Part shown: piece by piece, positions 52,964 through 64,000 of the stretch
Layout of the letters: every line of letters starts with the position of its first letter
Numbering within the stretch: the first letter of the stretch is position 1
Source: Narcine bancroftii
Taxonomy: Eukaryota
NCBI RefSeq assembly: GCF_036971445.1
Contig: NC_091469.1
Span: 157,418,001 to 157,482,000 of the forward strand
Length of the DNA stretch: 64,000 nt
Direction of reading: 5' to 3'
Translations under genes and position numbers: made by a program
Notes under the pieces: model-generated
Told to the model about the DNA's origin: nothing
Databases searched by the model: none
The model's input: only the letters and a program-made list of their open reading frames with translations

Positions 52964-55692
52964 TCAAGGACTGTAGCGGTCAGGGGGTCTGACCATCCGG
53001 CGTGACCGCCGTGGTGCCGGGATTGGGGTCGCTGGAGTGGTGTCGCCAGTGGGCTCGTCGGGTGCGACTGCTCCGTCGCTCAATTCCCCAGTCGTGTTGT
53101 CGGCAGGGTGGCCCGGGTCATTGGGGTGCTGTTGGTCTTTCTGTTGCGGCACGGGGCCTGGAGAATAAGGAGTTGGGGGGTTTGCTGGGTCTACCGCGTC
53201 CTGAGCTAGGTCCCGCACCGAAACAGTGTCCTCCCGCCCGTCTGGGAACTCAACGTAGGCGTAATGTGGGTTTGCGTGGAGTAGAGTCACTCGGTCGACC
53301 AAGGGGTCGTTCTTTGAGTGCCGGACGTTGCGTCGCAAAAGGACGGGGCCAGGGACGGTGAGCCATGCCGGTACAGTGGTTCCTGATTCGGATTTCCTCG
53401 GGAAAAGGAACATCCTTTCGTGGGGGGTGGCATTTCTTGCAGTACATAGGAGGGAGCGGATGGAGTGTAAAGCACTAGTGAGAACCTCCTGCCAGTGAGA
53501 GGTGGGGAGACCTTTAGACCGGAGAGCCAGTGTAACCGCTCTCCATATGGTGGCATTCTCCCTCTCGACCTGGCCGTTACCGCGTGGGTTATAGCTGGTG
53601 GTCCTGCTTGAAGCAATACCACACTCCAGAAGGTACTGTTGCAGCTCTGCACTCATGAATGAGGACCCCCTATCACTGTGGATGGAATTGGGGTACCCGA
53701 AGATTGTGAAAATACTGTGAAGGGCCTGTATCACTGAGGTGGCAGTGGTGTCTGGGCAGGCCACAGCGAATGGGAAGAGGGAGTACTCGTCGATGGCCGT
53801 AAGGATGTAGGTATTACGGTTGGTCGACGGTAGGGGCCCCTTAAAGTCTACGCTAAGATGCTCGAAGGGGCGGGTGCCTTTGATAACGTGGGATTCAGCG
53901 CACACCGAACAGGCTCGGGTCATGGAGCGGATCTCCTCGACTGTGTAGGGTAAGTTGCGCGCCTTGACAAAGTGAGCAAACCTAGTGACCCCTGGATGAC
54001 AGAGCGCCTCATGGAGTTTCCGTAGTCTGTCCATCTGTATGCTGGCGCACGTCCCCCTGGAGAGCGCGTCAGGCGGGTCGTTGAGCTTACCAGGCCGGTA
54101 CAGGATGTCATAGTTAAAGGTGGAGAGTTCGATTCTCCATCTGGCGATTTTGTCGTTTTTTATCTTACCACGCTGGGTGTTGCTGAACATGAAGGAGACC
54201 GCGCGTTGATCAGTCAACAGTGTAAAGCGCCTCCCAGCAAGGTAATGTCTCCAACGACACACTGCTTCAACTATGGCCTGGGCCTCCTTCTTGATCGAGG
54301 AGTGTCTACTCTCCGGACCCTGGAAGGTTCTGGAGAAGAAGGCTACAGCCCGACCGGCCTGGTTCAAGGTGGCTGCCAGGGCGAAGTCGGATGCATCGCT
54401 CTCGACTTGTAATGGGACAGACTCATCAATCGCGTGCAGCGTCGCAGCAGCGATGTCAGATTTGATTCGATCGAAAGCCGCTGTGGCTTCGGTCGAGAGG
54501 GGAAAAGAGGTGGTCTTGATAAGAGGACGCGCCTTGTCGGTGTAGTGTGGAACCCATTGGGCGTAATACGAGAAAAGGCCCAGGCAACGTTTGAGTCCAT
54601 TAGGGGACGCATGCGGTCAGGATCTGGCATGACTATCCCGTTCTCCACCACACAACCTAGAATAGCGAGTCATGTGGTCCGGAAGATACACTTGTCCAAA
54701 TTGTAAGTCAGGTTTAGCTGACGGGCAGTTTGAAGAAATTTGTCTAGGTTGGCGTCGTGGTCCTGCACGTCATGGCCTCAGATGGTGATATTGTCAAGAT
54801 ACGGGAAGGTAGCGGTTAGCCCGTTCTGGTCCACCATCCTGTCCATTTCCCGCTGGAAGACTGCGACATCATTCGTGACCCCGAATGGTACCCTGAGAAA
54901 TTAATATAGCCGCCCATTCGCTTCAAAGGCCGTGAATGGTCGGTCCTCGCAGCGGATCGGAAACTGGTGGTAGGCCGAACGTAGGTCAATAGTGGAGAAA
55001 ATGCGGTATTGGGCGATCTGGTTCACCACATCCGTGATGCGTGGCAGGGGGTACGCATCCAGGAGCGTGAAGCGGTTAATGGTCTGGCTATACTCGACCA
55101 CCATCCGTAGTTTTTCCCCATTCTTGACAACCACCACCTGGGCTCTCCAGGGGCTTGAACTGGGTTCGATGATGCCCTCATCCAGCAATCTACGCACCTC
55201 ACTCCTAATGAATTGCCTGTTTTCGTAACTATATTGCCGACTTTTGGTGACCACAGGCTTCCAGCCAGGGGTGAGGTTTGCGAAGAGTGCTGGCGGGGCA
55301 ATCCGGAGTGTGGAAAGGCCGCAGGATTGGCCCCGGGGCATGGGGGCAGGTTGCTCGGGTGCTTCGGGAGTGGGGCGATGGCAGACCGAGAGGGGGGCGT
55401 GGGGTCCCCCAAAGTGGAGGGACACCATTTGGAACTGACACTGGAAGTCTAATCCCAGCAACACTGGGGCGCACAATTGGGGAAGGACGAATAATTTGAA
55501 GTGGGTGACCGTCACGCCCTGTACTTCCAGCGTGGCGATGCAATACCCCTTTATCCCAGTCGAGTGCGACCTCGTAGTGGGGATAATGTCAAGTCCCCAA
55601 CGGAGGGCCAGATCTGGCTGGATAAAACTGTCAGTTGACCCAGAGTCAAATAAGCAATTGGTGTAGTGTCCATACACTTTAATCAGTTCCAT
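52964..55692 (-). pseudogene. Gypsy pol (PR-RT-RNaseH-IN), broken by stops and frameshifts
   Basis: LFDSGS, YPLP, DLRSAYHQ, LLTDQ, DALSR, DFKGP, HSDRG and GNGQVER across ORFs 54901-55692, 54364-54651 and 52964-54367. Confidence 0.9.
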
Positions 55693-55743
55693 TGCTCTGG
55701 TGAGGGGATGAGAGCATTGCTGGTTTAGTGTTATTGAAGCAGT

Positions 55744-57054
55744 TTACAGGGGAGTTTTGCGCGATGACGTCACGCACTGAGATGACGTCACGCAACGGGA
55801 TGACGTCACGTAACGGGATGCCGTAGTCAACGCTTGAGGAGCAGGTTGGAGGACCTCCCGGAAGTGCTGTTGTGGCGGCGTTGGCGGGTGAATGGTAAGT
55901 AGTGGGGTTTGTAGTTGCTCGCGATTGGCGGTGGGTAGGTCGTTGATCGCGGCGGTCGGGCCCTGGCGGTCGTCAGCGATGGACGCTAGGGTGAGCATCT
56001 GGTTGGCCGCGGGGTTGGCTGTGGCGGCGGCAGCAGCGGCGGTAGCGTCGGCCCCGGGAGTGGCTGTGGCGGCGGCAGCAGCGGCGGTAGTGTCGAGTGT
56101 TCCGCATGGGGGCGAGAGGCGGGCCATCACCATGGTTGCGAGGGTGGGTTGCCCCTTCCGGGTTTGGCGTCTCCGTGACGTCAGGCGTTGCCGTGCAGGG
56201 GAGCCCTCGCTCTCATTGGACGAGAGCTCTGGGGAAGAAGAGTTTGAATGGGATAGTGGCGATTGGGCTTCACACGAGGCACTGTGTTTGCCGGCGGCCA
56301 TTTTAGACCTGCAGACTGCAGCAAAGTGGCCTTTTTTAAGGCACTTCTGGCACTTGGCTTTTCTTGCTGGGCACTGGGACCTGCTGTGCTTGTCCCTCCC
56401 GCAGAAATAACATTTTGGGTTCGCACGGGTCAGTGTAGCAGCAGCCAACAGGCCGTCAGTATCTCGGGGGGTGGTAGGGTAGAAGGGCACTCTATTCACA
56501 TCAGAACGTGGGTTCCAGTCCCTCGAGAACTCAGTGGACTTTAAGGCTGCATCCTCCATTGTGATTGCAATCCGGGCCACGTCCTCTAGTTTTTCTACCC
56601 CTTGCTCGAGCAAGAGCAGCCTCACTTCGTTCGATCGGAGCCCGGCCACATAGGCATCCCGGACGAGATCGTTTGTGATCTCGGCAGCAGTTTTGTCCAC
56701 ACAGTTACAGTCCTTGCCCAATGCCTTTAATACTTGTAAATATGCCCTGCTGGACTCGCTGGGCTGTTGCTTCCTCGAAGCAAGCACGAGCCGGGCATTA
56801 ACTCTGTTCACCGGTTGATTATACAGTCCTTTCAGTACCTTTATGGCTGCGGTGTAAGTGGTCTCATCCTGGATGTTCTCGTAGACTCTCAAGGACACCA
56901 TAGACAGCAATGCTGTTAGACGCTGGTTATCCTCCTCTACCTGAATGAATCTCAGGAAGTTTTCAAAGTTCAGCAGCCAGAAGTTAAAGGCTTTGAAGGC
57001 TGTAGCTGACTGTGGGTCGATATCAAGTTTTTCTGACCGAGTCAAACGCTCCAT
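55744..57054 (-). CDS. Gypsy gag (two CCHC zinc knuckles, Ala-rich C-terminus)
   Basis: MERLTRSEKLDIDP..; CYFCGRDKHSRSQC and CQKCLKKGHFAAVC; ATG at 57054 just after the LTR. Confidence 0.85.
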   Translation of the reverse strand: MERLTRSEKLDIDPQSATAFKAFNFWLLNFENFLRFIQVEEDNQRLTALLSMVSLRVYENIQDETTYTAAIKVLKGLYNQPVNRVNARLVLASRKQQPSESSRAYLQVLKALGKDCNCVDKTAAEITNDLVRDAYVAGLRSNEVRLLLLEQGVEKLEDVARIAITMEDAALKSTEFSRDWNPRSDVNRVPFYPTTPRDTDGLLAAATLTRANPKCYFCGRDKHSRSQCPARKAKCQKCLKKGHFAAVCRSKMAAGKHSASCEAQSPLSHSNSSSPELSSNESEGSPARQRLTSRRRQTRKGQPTLATMVMARLSPPCGTLDTTAAAAAATATPGADATAAAAAATANPAANQMLTLASIADDRQGPTAAINDLPTANREQLQTPLLTIHPPTPPQQHFREVLQPAPQALTTASRYVTSSRCVTSSQCVTSSRKTPL

Positions 57055-57729
57055 CCCTTCCAAAAAAAATTCTTTTGCTAATAAAATTGTAGAGCTCGTC
57101 GAAAGAATCAAACACTTGTTGATCCAAACCAAGGCTTTTATTAGCAAAAGACAAGAGCTCTTCACAGGTGGCCGACCAGTCTGGAATGATCCAACCTGGC
57201 TAGGGACACAACTCTTTACGGTCCAGACAGTAGGTGTGGCTTAGCTCTCAGCCAATCGCTGCAAGCACAGTCTAGATACAGTAACTATATACACTATGTA
57301 CATTGGTGATAGATCTGTACGATCACAATGCCCACTTTCAAGGAGCTAAAAATCAGGACCCCCCGTTCCTTCTGCACATCAATGTTTATAAGAATCCTGT
57401 CGTTGTACTTTCCCCTGACCTTTAACCTTCCAAAGAGCTGCATCTTACTCTTGCCCCGATTAAATTCCGTCTGTCTTTAACGGATCTATTTTAGAATTCT
57501 TTGATAGCTCTCTGCACTGCTCACAAGTTCACATTTTGTGTCATCTGCAAACTTTCCTAATCCACCTACCTCCTTCTTAATCCAATCATTTCTCTACATT
57601 ACCAACAATAGGCGTCTACTGAACGTTTACATTTTGTTTCACAGATGGGACTCAGTTCTCACCTTCTATTCTTCTCTGATGTACACAGGCATGGACAAAT
57701 CTCCTGCGTCTGCTTGGATATACCCGATG

Positions 57730-60700
57730 ACATTGTGGGAAAGATTTTTGGATCCAGTGATCATAATGCGATTCGTTTCAAGTTAATTAATGGGTAAGAA
57801 GATTCTGAACTGGACAAAAGCCAATTTTCAGGATCTGGAAAGGATCTGGATTGGGATGTTATTTTCTGGCAAGGATGCATCAGGTACTTGGATGCCTTCA
57901 AAGGCGAAATTTTTAGAGTACAGAGTTTGTATGTTCCTGTCAGGATTAAAGGCATATTGAACCTTGGTTTTCAGGGGATATTGGGATTTGGTTAAGAAGA
58001 AGAGGGAGGTGGGCAGCAGGTATCGGCAACAAGGAACAAGCAAGGTACTTGAGGAGTATAAAAATATCAAGAAAAAGCTCAAGAAGGAAATGATGAGGGT
58101 TAAAAGAAGAAATGAGGTTGCCTTGGGAGACAATGTGAAGGAAAATTTGAAGAGTTTCGACAGATGTTTTAAGAACAAAAGGATAGTCAGGGACAAAACT
58201 GGACCTCTTGAAGATATGATTGGTCGACTATAATCTTAAATGGAATTCTTTGCATCAGTATTCATTCAGGAAATGGGCATAGAGTCATGGGAAGTAAGGA
58301 AAACGAGCAGTGAGGTCATGGAACTTATACAGATTAAAGAGGAGGAGGTGCTTAAAACAAATGAGGTTGGATAAATCCCCAGGATCTGGCAAGATATTCC
58401 GTCGGACCTTTGGGGAGGCTAGTGTAGAAATTGCAGGGGTTCTGGGAGAAATATTTAAAGTGTTCTTAGCCATGGGTGTGGTACCGGAGAATTGGAGAGT
58501 GGCTCAGAGAACTATAGAACGCTACCGCATGGAAAACAGGCCCCTCTAGTCTTGCAACCGTCATCTCCCTAGTCCCACTGACCTGCACCCATTCCATCAA
58601 CCTCCAGGCTTCTCCTATCTGTATGCTTATCCAATTTATTCTTAAAACACAAGATCGAGTCCACATTCACCACATCGGATGGCAGCTTGTTCCGCAATCC
58701 CACCACTGTCTGAGTGAAGAACTTACCCCTAATGTTCCCCTTAAACCTTTAAAATGATGACCTGTCATATTTATCTCCTCAAATCTAAGTGGGAAAAGCC
58801 AATTCGCATCCACTCTGTCTATACTGCTCAAACTCTTGTAAACCACTATCAAATTTTCCCTCATTCTTCTTCACTCCAAGGAGTAAAGTCCTAATCTCTT
58901 TAATATTTCTCGGTAACACAACTCCTGAAGACCCAGCAACATCCTAGTAAATCTTCTCTGCTCTTTCAATCTTATGACATCTTTCCTCTAGTTAAGTGAC
59001 CAGAACTGCACACAATATTCCAAATTTGACTTCACCAATGTCTTAAACAACTCAATATAACATCCCAACTCCTACACTCAAGACTTTGATTTATAATGGC
59101 TGAGATGCCAAAAGTCTTTTTACAACCCTGTCCACATACGATGCCACTTTCAGGGGACAATGTATTGTTTCCCAGATCTCTTTCTCCTCTGCACTCCTCA
59201 GTGCCCTATCGTTTACTGTTTATGTCTTACCTGGGTTTCCCCTTCCAAAATGCATCACCTTGCACTTATAACCATTTACGGAGCGGAAACAGGCCATGTC
59301 GGCCTTTCGAGTCTGCACCAATTCACTAGAACAACTCCACTAGCTCAAATCTCCCACTCTCCACCAATACCCTCCAACCCCTTCACCTCCATGTAGACAT
59401 CCAACCTTCTCTTAAATGACAGAAGGGACCCTGCTGCAACTATCTAATTCGGAAGATCATTCCATTATGCCACCACTCGCTGAGTGAAAAACCACCTCTA
59501 ATATTTCTCCTAAAGTGTTGCCCCCTTACCCTTAACTCATGGCCTCTTGTTCCAACCTCTCCTGCCCTCAGGGGAAAGAGTCTGTTTATGTCTAGTCTAT
59601 CTATTCCTTTCATAATTTTAAATACCTCTATCAAGTCCCCTCTCAGTCATCTACATTCCAATGAATAAATTTCCAGTCTCCTTAATATCTCCCTGTAATT
59701 CAGATGCTTTAAGCCAGGCATCATCCTTGTAAACCTTCTCTGCACTCTCCACCTTATCTATATCCTTGCCTCCATTAAACTCCATTTTCCATTTTTTGGC
59801 CCATTCTCCTAACTGGTCCAGACCCCTCTGCAAGCTTTGATAACCCTCCTCGCTGTCCACGAAGCCTCCTGTCCTTGTATCGTCAGCGAAATTGCTGATC
59901 CAATTTAACACATTATCATCCAGATCATTGATATAAATAAATAAACAACGATGGTCCCAACACAGACCCCTGAGGCCCACCACTAGTCATAGGCCTCCAA
60001 TCTGAGAAGCAACCATCAACTACCACTCTCTGTTTCTCCCACACAGCCAATTTCAAATCCAGTTTACCACCTCTCCTTGAACACCCAGCATGATAACCTT
60101 CTGAGCTAACCTCCCATATGGGACCTCGTCAAAGGCTTTACTAAAGTCCACGTAGACAACATCCACAGCCTTTCCTTCATCCACCTTCCTGGAAACCTCG
60201 AAAAATTCTACAAGATTTGTTGAACATGACCTACCACACACAAAGCCATGCTGACTCTCTTTCATCAGCCCATGACTATCCAAATACCTATATATCCTGT
60301 CTCTCGGAACTCCTTCCAATTACTTACCCACTACTGACATCAGGCTCACCAGCCATAATTACCCAGATTATTTTTGGAGCCTTTTTAAACAATGGGACCT
60401 CATGAGCTACTTTCCAATCCTCCAGCACCTTACACATGGCCAAGGATCATTGGGCCAGGGCCCCTGAAACTGTGCTGGGACCATTGTTGTTTGTCATCTA
60501 TATCAATGATCTGGATGATAGTGTGGTAAATCAGATTAGCAAGTTTGTAAATGACCCAAAAATTGGAGGCGTTGTGGACAGTGAGGATGGTTTTCAGTCT
60601 TGCAGAGGGATCTGGACCAACTGGAAAAATGGGCTGAAAAATGGCAGATGGAATTTAATGCAGACAAGTGTAAGGTGTTGGATTTTGGTAAGAAAAACCA

Positions 60701-61430
60701 AGGTAGCACATACACGGTAAATGGTCGGGCACTGAGGAGTGTGATAAAACAGAGGGATCTGGGAATATAGATAAATAATTCCCTGAAAGTGGTGTCACAA
60801 GTGGATAGGGTTGTAAAGAGAACTTTTGATATATTGGCCTTCATAAATCAAAGTATTGAGTACAGGAGCTGGGATATTATTGTAAAGTTGTATTGGACAT
60901 TGGTGGAAGCCAAATTTAGAGTATTGTATGCAGTTGTGGTCACCAAAATACAGAAAAGATAATAATAAGCTTGAAAGAGTATAGATTGTAGATAGAAAGA
61001 TTGAATGAGGATGTTGCCCAGACTTCAGGAACCGAATTACAGGGAAAAGTTAAGCAGGCTAGGTCTTTATTCCCTGGAGCGGAGAAGAATGAGGGGAGAT
61101 TTGATAGCTATAGAAAAATTCAAGTAAGTATTCTTCACTGAGGTTTAGATGAGATACAACAGAGGATATGGGTTAAGGATTAAAGGGGAAAAATTTAGGG
61201 GGAACATGAAGGAGATAGTGGAAGTGTGGAATGGGCTGCCAGCTGAGGTGGTGAATGTGGACTAAATATTAGCATTTAAGTAGAATTTGGACAGGTACAT
61301 GGATGAGAGAAGTATAGAGGGCTTTGGACTGGGTGCAGGTCAGTGGCAATAGACCGAATTATAGTTTGGCACAGACTAGAGGGCTGAAGGGCCTGCTTTC
61401 TCTGCACTGTAATGTTCTATGGTTCAATGG
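57730..61430. mobile_element. Cluster of CR1 fragments in both orientations (+ 57730-58505; - 58505-60460; + 60460-61430)
   Basis: Repeated CR1 ORF2 motifs (KSPG, QHGF, AFD.VP, FADD, VLGPLLF) and tails. Confidence 0.8.
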
Positions 61431-61449
61431 TTAATTTGTTTTTAAATAT

Positions 61450-61690
61450 TTTTTTTTAATTTAGACATACAGCTCGGTAACATACCATTTTGACCCACAA
61501 TCCCGTGCCGGCCAATTTACACTCAATTAACCTACACCCCCCAGTATACTATTTGAACAGTGCGAGGAAACCAGAGCCCCCAGGGTAAACACACGCAGAC
61601 ACGGGAAGAACGTACAAACTCCTTACAGACACCCCAGTCCCAATCGCTGATGCTGTAACGAAGTTGCGCTAACTGCTACGCAAGCTGAGC
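61450..61690 (-). mobile_element. V-SINE-like element
   Basis: cacgcagacacgggaagaacgtacaaactccttacagac core. Confidence 0.72.
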
Positions 61691-61699
61691 CCCCAAACC

Positions 61700-62960
61700 A
61701 TTCTAAGGTGAGATGCCAGAAGAGTAGAAGGTGGTAAATGTTGTGTCTCTATTCTGGAATCGCTGCGGGGAAAACTCTGGCAGCGACAGGCCAGTGAGTC
61801 TCACATCTGTGGCTGGTAACTGACGAGAGTACCCTGAAGATGAAGGTAGACATATACTTGGATGGATATTAAGGAGCATGGTTTTGGAAGTGGAAGGTCC
61901 TGTCTCACAAATTTGTCTGAGTTCTTTGAAGATACGATCATGAAGGGCAGATCTGTATTTCATCAAGGCATTCGATTTGGTTCCGCCCAGTAGGCTGTTC
62001 CGGAAGGTTGGATCACATGGGATCCAAGGTGAGATAGCAGAATGGCTATAAAACTGGTTTCATGGAGGAAGTAGAAGGTGATGGTGGGAGGTTGTCTTTT
62101 GGACTGGAGACCTGTGACTAGTTGTGAGCTACAAGGTTTGGTGATGTGCCCTTTGTTTGTCATCTACGTTGTTAAGTGTCTGATATTGTAGATGGTGAAG
62201 ATTGTTGCCAAAGGTTGCAACAGGGTCCTGCTAGGTTGGGAAGGGGTACAGAGGAATGGTTGAGGGAGTTTAATACAGAGAAAAATGCATTTTGGGAGAT
62301 CTAATGTGGGTAGGACCCACACAGTGAATGGTGGGGAGCAAAAGGCACAGGTACATAGTTCCTTGAAAGTGGCATCACAGGTAGACAGGGAGGTCAAAAA
62401 ATCCTCTGACACATTGACCTACATATTGAGCATTGAAGTTGGGAGGTCATGTTTCAGTTGATGTTGATGAAGACCCATTTGGAGTTTTGTGTTCATTTTT
62501 ATTCACCGTGGTGCAGGAAAGATGTCAAACTGGAGAAGGTTTACAAAGATATTGGCAGGATTCACGGGCCTGAGCTACAGGGAGAGGTTGAGCCGGCTGG
62601 AGCTTTGTTCCTTAGAGTGTGGGTTGACAATGTGTGGTGTCACAGAAGTTTCCAATATAATGAGAGGAATGCGGAGAGTCTTTAGCCCAGAGTCGGGCAA
62701 ATCAATTTAAATTGTGGAAAGATTGAACAGGAACCTGAGGGGTAACATTTTTGCACAGAAGATGGTGGGTATATGGAATGGGCTGCCAGAGGAGGTGGTT
62801 AAGGCAGGTTTGATAAAGATTTGGATGGATACACAGATAGGTTGGGTTTAGAGGAATATGGGCCAAATGCAGTCACATGGGTGTGGGTGTGGGTGGGACA
62901 TTTTGGTCGTCATGGGTAAGCTGGGCCGAAGGGCCCGTTTCCATGCTGTGTGACTCGATG
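61700..62960 (+). mobile_element. Highly decayed CR1
   Basis: RPVSLTSV, THLEFCVHF and LSYRERL remnants; CR1 tail. Confidence 0.7.
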
Positions 62961-62968
62961 ACAACCAC

Positions 62969-63215
62969 TGCTAGTGACACGGAGATCCCAGGAAGCAGGA
63001 AGGAAGACACTGCGGTAAACCACTGCTGTATGTATTTGTCTGGTCAGGCACACCCATTGGCCCCTCCCACAGGCATCTGTATAAAGGTGACTGTTCCACG
63101 CCCCCCCCCCCCTCAGTGCAGGACAGTCGAGCTGTGTGGATATGACTTTGTTTTTTTAGTGAATAAAAACCTTTGGTTTCTCAACCTCAGTCTTTGAGTA
63201 ATTGATGGTGCCTCA
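62969..63215 (+). mobile_element. Probable solo LTR related to element A
   Basis: TATAAAGG..AATAAAA..ctcagtctttgagtaattgatggtgcctCA resembles the LTR end at 40131-40185; 5' boundary uncertain. Confidence 0.6.
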
Positions 63216-63303
63216 AAAACATGAGTGTAATCGTATTACTTTACTACCTAATAGAGCAGTGTTATGCAGTTATAAAAATATTTCAGTCTCTATTACTTTT
63301 TAC

Positions 63304-63684
63304 CTTTTATAATGAGAGTCCCATGTTCCAGTTCAAATTTATCCTTTGGCTTCTCTTTGAGATCGACACGACACTTGATCTTCTTATCTTTGTCCTTCAG
63401 CATCAGCTTTTGAATGAGTATGGAGGCATCGTTCCTCCGTGGGTTCCCTCTTGCTTTGTAGCGACTTTCCTCATTCACCTCGATCTCATTCTTAAACTTA
63501 CTTCCTATTTGATAATTTGTGTAATTGAAAAACTGATGGACATTCGTGTTTTTCCAGGCAATGCTGATGTTGCCACGATAGTCAGGGTGAGGGTGAATGA
63601 ACTTGCAAAATAGAATCAGACGCTTCCCTTCTCGCCCCACCACCTTGTCTGGGGTCTCCATACTCCATCCGTTGCCAGAATGGC
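63304..63684 (-). CDS. Siglec-15-like receptor, exon encoding V-set Ig domain 1 (sialic-acid-binding type)
   Basis: Acceptor tttctttgtcctcaag|GC, donor AAAG|gtaaaa, phase 1/1, 381 nt. The translation WSMETP..LFCKFIHPHPDYRG..W..GNPRRNDASI..IKCRVD..DKFELEHG matches Siglec-15 V-set motifs recalled from memory (WSM, CTFTHPH, GNPRRND, YFCRVE, HG). Confidence 0.9.
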
Positions 63685-63719
63685 CTTGAGGACAAAGAAA
63701 CATGATGTTAACGTGATGC

Positions 63720-64000
63720 CAGAAGTTTGTGGAGGTTTGGTACGACACCAGAAACCCTGGCACAATTTCTATAGATGTGCGGTGGAAAGTGTGCTGGCTG
63801 GCTGCATCACAGTCTGGTATGGGGACACCAATACCCCCCACCCCCCCAAGCGCAATGCTCTCCAAAAGGTAGTGCACACAGCCCAGGACACCATCGAGAA
63901 CATCTCCAAGGAATGCTACTGTCGGAGAGCAACAACAATCATCAAGGATCCACACCACCCAGCACATGCTCTGTTCTGGCATCAGGAAAGAGGTATCGGT
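63720..64000 (+). mobile_element. Rex1/L2-like LINE C-terminal fragment
   Basis: Translates NFYRCAVESVLAGCITVWYG..LQKVVHTAQ..IIKDPHHPAH. Confidence 0.75.

Larger units (their letters stand above)
52686..57327 (-). mobile_element. Relatively young Gypsy LTR retrotransposon (element B), in the same orientation as the host gene
   Basis: 5' LTR 57088-57327; 3' LTR about 52686-52891 (about 15 differences in 206 bp by eye, U5 end missing); PPT agaaggggtgaa; order gag-PR-RT-RH-IN. Confidence 0.95.

Noticed and set aside
63685-63982. N-terminal part of the 229-aa ORF
   Set aside because: It is the antisense of a Rex/L2-like LINE plus intron; the real exon starts at the acceptor at 63684.

Overview
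Repeat-dense vertebrate genomic DNA. The CR1/L1/Penelope/V-SINE repertoire and the gene suggest a cartilaginous fish (shark/ray); this is inference. One host gene spans almost the whole window on the minus strand: a Siglec-15-like Ig-superfamily receptor. Six coding exons, all joined by phase-1 GT-AG introns, were assembled by hand: 63304-63684 (V-set 1), 45805-46170 (atypical V-set 2), 44990-45352 (C2-set + TM), 35635-35706, 33613-33867 (ITIM) and 3438-3478 (ITIM-like, stop). They give about 492 aa; the signal-peptide exon lies beyond the window. Most of the rest is transposable elements: a 22.5-kb nested Gypsy complex whose target-site duplication is the gene's splice donor, two more Gypsy elements, a full-length L1, many CR1s, Penelope remnants, SINEs, solo LTRs and hAT MITEs. 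Main observations: (1) the two V domains split the Siglec-15 hallmarks between them and the receptor looks inhibitory; (2) two diverged Gypsy elements lack a tRNA PBS and instead carry a conserved, co-varying stem with an identical 49-nt loop that pairs the PBS position with the 5' LTR poly(A) signal; (3) a retrotransposon is inserted exactly in a splice donor. Repeat boundaries without a stated TSD are approximate.
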